DNA of 54,056 bases from Pseudomonadota bacterium (GCA_002863065.1 PKDL01000412.1:1-54056); one strand, 5' to 3'; positions 8,508-17,140 are shown, counted from the stretch's first letter. The notes: generated by a model from the sequence alone, not told the origin. Made by a program: numbers and translations.

Positions 8508-10825
8508 GACTTCGCATCGCTGCTGCCCGCATCCAGCCGTATAGACTTCGGCTGAGCCAACCCATTTCGGGTCGTACGGAGCGATCCGGCTGGTGGGTCC
8601 GTCTCATTGACGATGCGGGGCGAGTGGGCGTGGGTGAGGCTGCATGCTGGCCAGGTTTTGGATCATCTGAAGATCAAGTTGCTGCTGCTTTGTCTGAGGT
8701 CCTTGCACATGTAGCGAGAATTCGTACACCAGGCTGTATCGCACAGTGGACATCCGGAGTTCCTGAGGCGCGCTACGCCTTCGAGTTGGCTGTTTCAGAC
8801 TTGATGGCGCAGAGTAATCAAATACCACTGGCGCGGTATCTCGCGGCCGACGCTACTTCGAGCGTACCGCTCAGCGCACTAGTACAATCGCCGGCCGACG
8901 CGCGAAAGGCGGTTGCCAGGGGCATCCAGACGCTCAAGATAAAACTCTCTGACGGAGATACCTCTCGGGTCGAGGCCATTCGCGATGCGGTCGGACCGGA
9001 TATATCGATACGAGTGGATGCCAATCGGTGCTGGCCTGCTGATACGTGGCAAGATATCGCTCACGAGTTATCGAAGGTCCCAGTCACAGTGGTGGAGGAG
9101 CCTGTTGCTGACTGGGCAGTGCTCGACAAACTACCGGAACTGCAGTGGGCTGCTGATGAAACCGTCAGAGACCAAAGCAGCCTCCAGCGGATATTAGAGT
9201 GCGGCATCGCCGATGTGATTGTTATCAAGCCCATGTTTCACGGAGTGCTCCAAGCGGTAGAGCTTGGGCGGCAAGCGATACGAGCAGGCAAGCGCGTCAT
9301 CGTCACACATGCGCTCGACTCCGCAGTGGGTTGTGCTGGAGCTGCACATATTGCAGCCGCCTTAGGCGTTACCGCAGGGTGCGGTCTGGCACCTGCACTT
9401 ATGGACGACCCCATCGAGGGTCTTCCTCAACAGGATGGCAGGTTACTGCTCAACGAGCGTCCTGGTTTGGGAGTTCGCATTCCAGGGACAGCAGCTGGCA
9501 ATGACAAAGAAATGCTTCCCGAATATTCGCTTCCCCATCCGGTGGAGACCAACGCGCAGGCCAGGCCATCACATGCCGCGCTGAAAGTGGATGAACACGA
9601 AGTGGATTGGCGAACCTTATGCGACCGAACGCGCCGAGCCGCTACTGCTGTTATGGGGTTGGGTATTGGACCGGGTGATATGGTGGGCCTTGTACCGGCA
9701 CCGCGTGAAGGCTTGGTTCGAGATATACATGCTATCAGCTGGACGGGGGCCGCACTCGCTGTTCCCGCGCTTGCTGAGACTCAGGTGGCCATCACAGATG
9801 CTGCCATGGCTATGGAACCTGCGCCCGAGAGATTCTGGCCTCTGGACGAAGTGCGATTACGCGTCTCTACTTCGGGTACGACCGGGGAGCCCAAGGTGGT
9901 CGACCTGACCACCGGTCAACTCGCATTTAGTGCCTTTGGCTCGGCCATTCGGCTTGGCCATCTTCGAGAAGACCGTTGGCTGTGTTGTTTGCCATTCAGT
10001 CATGTCGGTGGCTTGTCCGTCGTTTATCGTACTGCATTCTATGCAACGACGATGGTGCTGCACGACGGGTTTGACAGGGACGCCGTTAATAGTGCTCTAG
10101 ACTCAGGCAGTGTTACGCAAGTCTCGCTGGTTCCTACCATGCTGCATCGCCTGCTCGAAGTACGGGGCAACCGGCCATTCCACCAGAACTTGCGGGTGGT
10201 CTTACTCGGTGGGGCGCCTGCTAGTGATGACCTGCTGAAAGCGGCCCATGCAGCCGCGGTGCCGGTAGCCACTACATATGGGATGACCGAAACTGCAAGT
10301 CAGGTCGCTACATCCGCTCCAGGCGTTATACGACCTGCTGGCGAGATTGGGCCCCCGCTTCCATTTGTGCGTGTTTCAACTCGAGGCCCTTGTTTGACCG
10401 TGCACGGACCCGTCGCTCGTGGGACCGTGGTGAGTAATGATCGTGGATATGCAAATAGAGGCATTGTCCGGGTAGAAGGGCGTGCAGATGATGTCATCCT
10501 GTCCGGTGGTGAACTCGTTGACCCATTACGCGTCGAGTCTGTGCTGGTGGCACATGATGGCGTGCTGGAAGCGGCAGTGATTGGCGTACCGGACCTTGAT
10601 TGGGGTCAGCGCGTGGAAGCTGTCGTGGTGACAACTACCGAACAAACTGAGGAACTACGAGAGTGGTGTAGAGAACGGCTCGACCGCTTCGAAGTTCCGA
10701 AGAGAATTCATCTGGTGGATGGCATTCCCCGGGGACCGCTGGGGAAAGTGTCTAGAGCCCGTGTCCGAGCGACACTGGCGCAAAATGAGGAGCGAGAAAA
10801 TGGGAGAGCACGTGCAGACGCGTAA
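8504..10825 (+). CDS. menC-menE: Fused o-succinylbenzoate synthase (MenC) / OSB-CoA ligase (MenE)
   Basis: N-half has enolase-superfamily residues (LKIKL, RVDAN, VEEP, ADE, VIKP). C-half has adenylate-forming motifs (STSGTTGEPK, TYGMTETASQ, GRADDVILSGGE, PLGKV). Single uninterrupted ORF; start set at ATG 8504 (ATGA overlap with the menA stop, SD GGAGG). Confidence 0.9.
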   Translation: MRLRIAAARIQPYRLRLSQPISGRTERSGWWVRLIDDAGRVGVGEAACWPGFGSSEDQVAAALSEVLAHVARIRTPGCIAQWTSGVPEARYAFELAVSDLMAQSNQIPLARYLAADATSSVPLSALVQSPADARKAVARGIQTLKIKLSDGDTSRVEAIRDAVGPDISIRVDANRCWPADTWQDIAHELSKVPVTVVEEPVADWAVLDKLPELQWAADETVRDQSSLQRILECGIADVIVIKPMFHGVLQAVELGRQAIRAGKRVIVTHALDSAVGCAGAAHIAAALGVTAGCGLAPALMDDPIEGLPQQDGRLLLNERPGLGVRIPGTAAGNDKEMLPEYSLPHPVETNAQARPSHAALKVDEHEVDWRTLCDRTRRAATAVMGLGIGPGDMVGLVPAPREGLVRDIHAISWTGAALAVPALAETQVAITDAAMAMEPAPERFWPLDEVRLRVSTSGTTGEPKVVDLTTGQLAFSAFGSAIRLGHLREDRWLCCLPFSHVGGLSVVYRTAFYATTMVLHDGFDRDAVNSALDSGSVTQVSLVPTMLHRLLEVRGNRPFHQNLRVVLLGGAPASDDLLKAAHAAAVPVATTYGMTETASQVATSAPGVIRPAGEIGPPLPFVRVSTRGPCLTVHGPVARGTVVSNDRGYANRGIVRVEGRADDVILSGGELVDPLRVESVLVAHDGVLEAAVIGVPDLDWGQRVEAVVVTTTEQTEELREWCRERLDRFEVPKRIHLVDGIPRGPLGKVSRARVRATLAQNEERENGRARADA

Positions 10826-11906
10826 CCCTGAAGGCCGACCCGCAGATACGGTGCTGAAACCGTTGGTCGCCGTCACTGAGCGTGTGGGTTTAGCCCCATT
10901 ATCTAGTCGGTTGGCGTCCATCCGGGCCTGGTTGTCAGATGACCTGGCACATTTAGAACGAGCTATTCGAGACGGGGCGGATGCCGCCGAGCTCGGAGAG
11001 TTTGAGGTTGAAGAGCATTTGGCTGTCCAGACAGCGCGTTACCTCCTGGGACGTCCTGGAAAACGCATTCGTCCACTTTGCGTCATGCTAGGCGCGCGAA
11101 TGGGCGGCCGCGAAATGGATCGTGAGGTGAAGGACCTGGCAGTAGCTTGCGAGCTTATTCATGCGGCGACTCTCCTCCATGACGATGTTATCGACGAGGG
11201 GACCGAGCGCCGAGGTGTACCGGCAGCTCGGGTCGTCTACGGTAATTCAGCTAGTGTATTAGCGGGTGACCACCTCTTGCTCTACGCACTAAAGCTCGTG
11301 GAAAGCGTTGGGTACCGGCGCCTACTCTCCAATGTGCTCGACACCATTGCAGATATGGTTACTGCAGAAGCAATCCAACTAGAACAACGCGGGCGTTTTG
11401 AACCCAACAGAAGTACGTATCTGCAAGTTATCCAGGGAAAAACGGCTGGCCTCTTCCGCTTTGCTCTCGCGGCTGGAGGTACTCTTGGCGGACTTCCAAG
11501 CGATCAGGTCGCCGAACTTGGTCAGGTTGGAAATGCGTTGGGACTTGCGTTTCAGCTGATGGACGACGTGCTTGACGTAGAAGGTAACACGAGCAGCTTG
11601 GGGAAAGACTTACTGGTTGACTTGAGGGAAGGGAAGCTAACCTGGCCGTTCATTCTGGCATGCGAGCGCGACCCGAATTTTATTACGTTGTTGCAGCAAT
11701 ATGTTCAGGACTCCGAAACGGACGAGAACCTATCTGCAGCTGTAATTATTGATCGTTTGAAATCGACCGGAGCGATCGCTGACACTCGTAAATTTGCGGA
11801 AGCCCAGGGGACCGAAGCGAGGCAGCTGCTCGCCGGACTTCCGGTTGGCGCAACCCGAACTGCAATAGAGGCGGTCATCGATTCGGCGATACGTCGAAAA
11901 AAGTAG
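10812..11906 (+). CDS. Long-chain trans-polyprenyl diphosphate synthase (IspB/HepT-like)
   Basis: GKRIRP, LIHAATLLHDDVIDEGTERRG (FARM), GKTAGLF, FQLMDDVLD (SARM), DLREGKLTWP. Start set at GTG 10812 behind GGGAGA. Confidence 0.9.
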   Translation: MQTRNPEGRPADTVLKPLVAVTERVGLAPLSSRLASIRAWLSDDLAHLERAIRDGADAAELGEFEVEEHLAVQTARYLLGRPGKRIRPLCVMLGARMGGREMDREVKDLAVACELIHAATLLHDDVIDEGTERRGVPAARVVYGNSASVLAGDHLLLYALKLVESVGYRRLLSNVLDTIADMVTAEAIQLEQRGRFEPNRSTYLQVIQGKTAGLFRFALAAGGTLGGLPSDQVAELGQVGNALGLAFQLMDDVLDVEGNTSSLGKDLLVDLREGKLTWPFILACERDPNFITLLQQYVQDSETDENLSAAVIIDRLKSTGAIADTRKFAEAQGTEARQLLAGLPVGATRTAIEAVIDSAIRRKK

Positions 11907-11937
11907 CACCCGTCGCGCGAACTCCGGAGGGTCGCCC

Positions 11938-11991
11938 ATGACGCCACAAGGCACGACAGATCCCATGCCGCCACAAGGCACGACCGATATC
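11938..11991 (+). repeat. 27-bp imperfect in-frame tandem duplication at the menG start
   Basis: ATGACGCCACAAGGCACGACAGATCCC / ATGCCGCCACAAGGCACGACCGATATC (23/27 identical), encoding MTPQGTTDP-MPPQGTTDI. Confidence 0.9.
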
Positions 11992-12684
11992 GTACGACGA
12001 GCAGACGGCAGTGGGCAGATGTTCGATCAAATTGCTCGTCGTTACGACCTACTTAATCGGATTATGAGTTTTGGTTTAGACCGAAATTGGAGGCGTGCCC
12101 TCGTGCGGTCGATGCGCCCGACAGAAGGTGGACGACTATTGGATGTTGCGACCGGCACCGCAGACGTCGCTCTCGCGCTTGCTAAAGCATATCCAAGTAC
12201 GACTGTGACCGGATTAGATCCAAGTGTCGGTATGCTGGATGTAGGTCGGAAAAAAGTCATCGCTCGAAATAACAGCGACCGCGTGACACTCATCGAAGGC
12301 GACGCTCAGGCCATGCCCTTCGAGGATTCGCATTTTGATTCGGCATGTATTGCCTTTGGAATTCGCAACGTGCCGGACCGAACTGCAGGGTTACGGGAAA
12401 TGGTCCGGGTGACGCGACCCGGGGGTACCGTTGTGGTTCTTGAGTTGGGTGAACCCGCTGGATTCATGGCACCCTTCGCTCGTTTTCATGTGCATCACGT
12501 GGTCCCGCGTCTCGGCGCTTTACTGAGTGGGAATGCCGAATACGATTATCTGCAGCGGTCTATTGCAGCGTTCCCGGCCGTCGATGTGTTCGCAGGAATG
12601 ATGCGCGACGCTGGGCTCGCGGATGTAACCATCCGGCGATTCGCCTTTGGAGCCTCTAACCTTTATGTCGGCGTGGTGCAATAA
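11938..12684 (+). CDS. menG: Demethylmenaquinone methyltransferase (MenG/UbiE)
   Basis: MFDQIARRYDLLNRIMSFGLD, LLDVATGTADVA, IAFGIRNVPD, EMVRVTRPGG, YDYLQRSI; SD GGAGG. Confidence 0.93.
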   Translation: MTPQGTTDPMPPQGTTDIVRRADGSGQMFDQIARRYDLLNRIMSFGLDRNWRRALVRSMRPTEGGRLLDVATGTADVALALAKAYPSTTVTGLDPSVGMLDVGRKKVIARNNSDRVTLIEGDAQAMPFEDSHFDSACIAFGIRNVPDRTAGLREMVRVTRPGGTVVVLELGEPAGFMAPFARFHVHHVVPRLGALLSGNAEYDYLQRSIAAFPAVDVFAGMMRDAGLADVTIRRFAFGASNLYVGVVQ

Positions 12685-12719
12685 CTGACGATAGTGATGA
12701 CATCGCGGTACGCAGACGT

Positions 12720-13380
12720 GAATCTCGTGCCGCATTACCTTGGCCGGCCGCACCATATGAAGCTGAAATCAAATTCTTCGTCCAAACCGTAGCCTCGGTA
12801 TACATGTCCCTTGGGGAGGTGTCCCGAGACTATTCAGAGGTAATCGCGTGCGATGCCGTATACGAACCGGGAGACAAGCAAAGTGTTCCCGCAGACCGGC
12901 GGCCATGACGCGGGAACGGTTTCATCGGGTACGCCGTAGCGGTGTACCATCTATGGCCTTCGGCTTTCGCGGGCGTCACCCATTTTGCTTGCCACACGAT
13001 TGAAATACCTGGGACCAAGCCAGTCTTGTGCGCGGTATTTATTGTATTTTGTAAGGGAGGTTGGTTCGGCTCCCGGCCGGCACATGACCTGCTTAAACTT
13101 ACGCCAGGGATGCGGTACGGGGATGGAGGCCCCCACATCATAAGCTACGTATGAGCATCCACGGATCTCGATTATTCATGAACCAATCAAGCGTGAGGTC
13201 GTCACTCATTGGTAGAGGCAGCCGAGTCTCTGTCGGTCTAAGCCATATAGTAGGCTCAACTGACCCGCACGGTTTCTATCCAGTGCAGCAGCCACAGAGA
13301 CTCACTCGTTCGATACTTAGTTGAGCATGCCGCATGCTTTAGTACCATGTGGTGAAGAGATCAGGCTGATCCAGCCCGTA
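12720..13380. ncRNA. Candidate large structured non-coding RNA (unassigned)
   Basis: About 690 bp with no convincing ORF. Many 7-10 bp helices, including two crossing (pseudoknot) arrangements at 12875-12991 and 13224-13326. G-U wobbles slightly favour the + strand. Confidence 0.4.
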
Positions 13381-13430
13381 GTATGGCGATTCTTTTTAGT
13401 CCATATGGGTCTGTATTGCATCCCCCCAGC

Positions 13431-14084
13431 ATGAGACTAACTATCCTATCGATGTGGTTCCTTAGTTTATTGGCACTGTGCGTTGCGGTCGGTTGTAGTC
13501 CGACGAAAGCGGCCCCTCCAGCGCTGGCATCACCACCCGTCGAGACGGACAAGGCACCCATACAAGGCGAGTCTAATCGGCGCATCGACGAGTCAGTGGT
13601 TGTTCCAGTCACTAACGCAGGCGGTGGTAGCGCGGCAACACAAGACGGCGGGTCATGTCTTGGTCTACCCCCGCTGAAGACGGATCCATCAAACGCACGT
13701 TCGGCCGTACCGCCGGAGCGCCGGAACATTGAAGGTAATACCTTGCAGACATGTTCCCTATCGCCGCTTACTGGTTGGTTTAGGGATGGGCTCTGCCGCA
13801 CTGATGACCGAGATCGCGGAATTCATGTGGTCTGCGCATCCGTCAATGAAGCGTTTTTGACGTTTACCAAGGAGCGAGGCAATGATCTTTCCACCCCCAA
13901 ACCGAAATACGGCTTTCCCGGACTGAAGCCAGGTGACCGCTGGTGCCTTTGTGCGGCCAGGTGGTACGAAGCACAACGCGCTGGCAAGGCACCCTCGGTG
14001 GTGTTAGACGCAACGCATGAGAAAGCACTCACTGTCGTGCCTTTGGATATCCTTCGGAAGAATCGAAGCGTGAACAAAAAGTAA
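13431..14084 (+). CDS. DUF2237-family protein with N-terminal lipoprotein signal and Pro/Ser-rich linker
   Basis: C-terminal GNTLQTCSLSPLTGWFRDGLC..HVVCA..GNDLSTP..FPGLKPGDRWCLCAARW..ATHEKAL is the DUF2237 signature. N-terminus MRLTILSMWFLSLLALCVAVG|C. Start trimmed to ATG 13431. Confidence 0.8.
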   Translation: MRLTILSMWFLSLLALCVAVGCSPTKAAPPALASPPVETDKAPIQGESNRRIDESVVVPVTNAGGGSAATQDGGSCLGLPPLKTDPSNARSAVPPERRNIEGNTLQTCSLSPLTGWFRDGLCRTDDRDRGIHVVCASVNEAFLTFTKERGNDLSTPKPKYGFPGLKPGDRWCLCAARWYEAQRAGKAPSVVLDATHEKALTVVPLDILRKNRSVNKK

Positions 14085-14094
14085 GGTATTAAAT

Positions 14095-14413
14095 AAGGAT
14101 CCCCGAGAGTTGCGAGTTGCAAGAGCCTCACGGCTGGAGCATCGCGCCGCGTCGGTGAATAGCGCGGCCTCTCGGGGTCGGTGGTCACTGGGTACTCCAG
14201 AAGTAATCCACCCGTGTCTATCTAACGACTAGACGTTCTAAAGTGTGACCACCTCACCTGTCACCGATATAAATAGATACACTGGATCACCTCCTTTTCT
14301 GCGCGCGTTTGTTTTGATGGCGGGACCCACCTCCCACCCTGGCGAACCACCCGCGGTCAGCGGCCGGCCAGGTCGCCCTTGATCGATTGGGCTTGGTTAG
14401 AGCCCGTGGCAAC
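14095..14413 (-). ncRNA. Candidate structured small RNA / small-peptide mRNA
   Basis: Has its own sigma70-like promoter, nested helices (CCCCGAGAG/CTCTCGGGG, GGTGGTCAC/GTGACCACC, SD-sequestering stem) and an internal 14-codon ORF. Confidence 0.5.
14238..14282 (-). CDS. Putative 14-aa peptide MYLFISVTGEVVTL
   Basis: Minus strand reads AGAAAAGGAGGTGATCCA GTG TAT CTA TTT ATA TCG GTG ACA GGT GAG GTG GTC ACA CTT TAG. GGAGG lies 7 nt before the GTG. Below the ORF-track length cutoff. Confidence 0.45.
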   Translation of the reverse strand: MYLFISVTGEVVTL

Positions 14414-14419
14414 TATTTC

Positions 14420-14447
14420 AGTGTAACCTTGAATGAGCGGGTTGCAA
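14420..14447 (-). promoter_or_regulatory. sigma70-type promoter
   Basis: Minus strand TTGCAA-N16-TACACT; predicted TSS near 14413. Confidence 0.5.
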
Positions 14448-14500
14448 CCAAATCGAGCAAATGTTCGGTTCAAATTCGCAATAACTAGTTCAGTACGCGT

Positions 14501-16096
14501 TTAGCCGTGGAGTGTTAGCCACCAGGTGATCGGGGGAATTATTACAGCGAGCGTGTAAATAAACAGAAATATCATTGTCTGCACTATCGGGAGCGGTAAT
14601 AGATTCCGCCGCCATTCCGTCGCCTCTACCACAGCCAATGCCGTTGGAAACTGTAGGCTGTGGCCGTGCCGGTGCAGCATATGTGATGCATATGTTCGGA
14701 AGCGTGATTCTGATCGTGCTGGTGGCTTACGCCTGATGTCATCTGCCAGTTGTGCCACCTTATGCTGTCCTGCTGCTACTAGGAGGCCTGCAATAAACGC
14801 GATCCACACGATCGGCTGTTCAAACCACAGGCCGATAAGCAGCAGGGATGTAAACGACAACAAACGAAATGCGCTTTCTAGCCCGGGGTACCTCGAAAAG
14901 AGGAGCAAATTCAGCACGTGCCCCCCATCAAGTGGTAGCACCGGGGCTAGGTTCAGCCAATTTATCGCTACTAAAAGCGTCCAACCCAAGCTGATTACTT
15001 GGTAATCGAGTAATGTGCCATCCAAGATCCACGGGAGAGTTATTCCGGCCACCATGAGGCCCGGCAACGGCCCCATTAGGGCAACAAACACCCGCTCTGC
15101 GCTACTGCTGTCTTTTTTCTGGCCGATGGCGGCCGCCCCAAAGAAGGGAAGAAAGAAGACGGATGCCTCGGAGTGCCCCGTGATGCGCATGGCTATCACG
15201 TGTCCGAGCTCATGGAGCAGTAGAACGCTCAAGAAAAGAACGACCTGCCACAGTGGGAACCAGAAGGAAAAAGAGAGACCGGCGAGGCACATGCTGGTTG
15301 TCGCTAACACAATAGATGACGAGCGTTTCCGTCGTGGGCGTACGCGATGGCAGTAGCGTTCGAGCGCATCGCCGTACGCATCCTCGATGGCGGACAAGGA
15401 GTAGTCTTGCACTTTCTTTGGCAAGTTAGGTGTAGCCTGCTGCGTGCTCGTGCGCTCGGCTCGAAGCATTGCCCACGCACCTCTCCATGTGGGGCGCAAA
15501 GTTGACTTGGGCTCCGATAGTGACTCGATAGCTCCGCTTTCCTCTGCTAACCGCAGTGCGTTTTTTGCACTGGAGTCGATACGGCTCAGGACCACCTGAA
15601 TGTCTCGCGGTGCATTGAGTGGTCCACGTTCTCGGTGAAGGTCAACCTGTTGTCTAACCGACCAGTGATTCAGTATGAGTAGTTCCGAGTCTGGTTGCGG
15701 TGGCCAGCGTGCATGCGCACGGACACTCTGTGTCTCTAACAAATAACCATTAGATTCCCAGGACAAGAGTGAGACGGATACAGGTCGGTGGACTCCGGGA
15801 AGAGGTGCGAGCTGAATATGGGCCCAGATTCCATCTGGGTGGTAGGCGAAGAGACTCAGTTCTTCATGTGACGTTTCCGACACGAGTGAGTAAGGAGAAG
15901 ATACCCATGTGGGCGCCGCAAATCCGAGTGTTGCAAGCTCTCGGTAAACCGGTGCGAAGAGGATTGCTTCTGCCTGTGATTCGGCGGGAGATTCACGTAT
16001 CTGATGAACGGTCGGCCGAATAATGTATGTACGTACTGACCGGAGTTGGAATACAAGAAGCGCTACGGGGACGAGAACGATTGCAGCCCATATCAT
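14501..16096 (-). CDS. Site-2 protease (M50 family) with large N-terminal domain
   Basis: LLLHELGH zinc motif, FLPFFGAA, GPLPG and NLAPVLPLDGG in a multi-TM C-half; about 270 aa of unassigned N-terminal region. Confidence 0.85.
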   Translation of the reverse strand: MIWAAIVLVPVALLVFQLRSVRTYIIRPTVHQIRESPAESQAEAILFAPVYRELATLGFAAPTWVSSPYSLVSETSHEELSLFAYHPDGIWAHIQLAPLPGVHRPVSVSLLSWESNGYLLETQSVRAHARWPPQPDSELLILNHWSVRQQVDLHRERGPLNAPRDIQVVLSRIDSSAKNALRLAEESGAIESLSEPKSTLRPTWRGAWAMLRAERTSTQQATPNLPKKVQDYSLSAIEDAYGDALERYCHRVRPRRKRSSSIVLATTSMCLAGLSFSFWFPLWQVVLFLSVLLLHELGHVIAMRITGHSEASVFFLPFFGAAAIGQKKDSSSAERVFVALMGPLPGLMVAGITLPWILDGTLLDYQVISLGWTLLVAINWLNLAPVLPLDGGHVLNLLLFSRYPGLESAFRLLSFTSLLLIGLWFEQPIVWIAFIAGLLVAAGQHKVAQLADDIRRKPPARSESRFRTYASHMLHRHGHSLQFPTALAVVEATEWRRNLLPLPIVQTMIFLFIYTLAVIIPPITWWLTLHG

Positions 16097-16133
16097 GGTA
16101 GCGATACCCCCGTGTTGTTGCCATTGCGGGAGG

Positions 16134-17051
16134 CTAGTCGTTTCGTGGAAGCGGAGGGATAGGCACGTTTACCCCTGTGTTCTCCAGCTTGGCGTCTACG
16201 GTTACAACAGCATCTCGTAGCACTTCTACATATCGTATCCAGCGATCCCATCCATCTTTCTCGATGCGCACGAGATACTTCTTGGTGTCCAAACCTTTTC
16301 GCGTAATCGGTGCTTGACCTACCAAATCGTCGTTGATCCACACGCGAGCGCCCTTCGGTTGACTTTTCACGGTGAGAGACCCTTTGTAGACCACCTTCGT
16401 CATCCGGATATTGTGACGTGTCTCCAGACTAGGTTGTATGATGATTTCTGATGAATACTTTTGATAGTCTATACGTTCCACAGACACCTGGTAGCTTCCT
16501 GGTCCGAGCTGGATCTCACCAAGTGGGGTGCGGCCTAATATGACGTTATTTAGGCGCACTTCGACTGATTCAGGCTGAGAATTTAGCGTGAGCATACCCG
16601 CCCGAATTGTGCGCAAGCACCGCTTTAGACGCTTTCTAACTTCCGGTGTACCTTTATCGTTTGGGGCGGCATATAGGTATCCTTGGTAATATAAAACCGC
16701 TTTATTGCAGTCCTTTATTCCATCCATGGAAAGCGTACCCAAGTTATACAGAAGGGTCTCATCTGGTAAGTCTAGAAGCGGGAGGATCTCCTCCATTGTA
16801 CTGATGGCCGCGGCGTACTTTCCATTCCGTGCCAGGAATGCCCCGCGGGTTCGTAGTACTTCGATTTTTTGTATTGTTTCGGCACTACGGCGTATGTCTT
16901 CTTCCTCGGATTGTGCATGGGCACATACGGGTAGGCATAAGGTGACTACGAGTAACGCAGTGCACACTGCCACCGGGCTGCAGCGTAGCCTCATTCTGTT
17001 TGCGACTTCCTTGACGTGACTTGTTCCTAGATGCGACTCGGGTGCGGTCAT
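16134..17051 (-). CDS. TPR + tandem PEGA domain exported protein
   Basis: Signal peptide (..ALLVVTLCLPVCAHA), TPR-like helices, and two PEGA repeats (LNSQPESVEVRLNN..GRTPL; VKSQPKGARVWIND..GQAPI). Start uncertain (17051 or 16994). Confidence 0.8.
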   Translation of the reverse strand: MTAPESHLGTSHVKEVANRMRLRCSPVAVCTALLVVTLCLPVCAHAQSEEEDIRRSAETIQKIEVLRTRGAFLARNGKYAAAISTMEEILPLLDLPDETLLYNLGTLSMDGIKDCNKAVLYYQGYLYAAPNDKGTPEVRKRLKRCLRTIRAGMLTLNSQPESVEVRLNNVILGRTPLGEIQLGPGSYQVSVERIDYQKYSSEIIIQPSLETRHNIRMTKVVYKGSLTVKSQPKGARVWINDDLVGQAPITRKGLDTKKYLVRIEKDGWDRWIRYVEVLRDAVVTVDAKLENTGVNVPIPPLPRND

Positions 17052-17140
17052 CGTTTGGACCCCGTTATCAATATTGCGATGCGATACATGGTAGTCGCTC
17101 GCTGGGTTAGTACGCCATAACGGCATAAGTGATGCGTAGC

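Noticed and set aside
10719-10811. N-terminal extension of the polyprenyl synthase
   Set aside because: It would overlap menE by more than 100 bp; GTG 10812 has a proper SD.
12853-12870. Group II intron domain V (GCCGTATACG)
   Set aside because: The 3' strand of D5 and D6 cannot be formed, and no RT/maturase is nearby.
12918-12929. SAM-I riboswitch (minus strand CCCGATGAAACC)
   Set aside because: The flanking ATCxAGAG..GAGGGA..GG, GGCAACC and GGTGC..ATTCC elements are missing.
12951-13136. 61-aa minus-strand protein (and overlapping 70- and 103-aa ORFs)
   Set aside because: No SD, no recognisable motif, and three mutually overlapping ORFs of similar weak quality; cannot be fully excluded without Ribo-seq.
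12700-13380. tmRNA, SRP RNA or 6S RNA
   Set aside because: No tRNA-like T-arm/CCA end or ALAA-type tag, no CAGG..GGAAG..AGCAG SRP loop, and no long 6S-like rod.
14282-14297. 16S rRNA gene 3'-end fragment
   Set aside because: Only CTGGATCACCTCCTTT matches; the upstream helix-45 sequence (GTAACAAGGTAGCCGTA..) is absent. Better explained as an extended SD on the minus strand.
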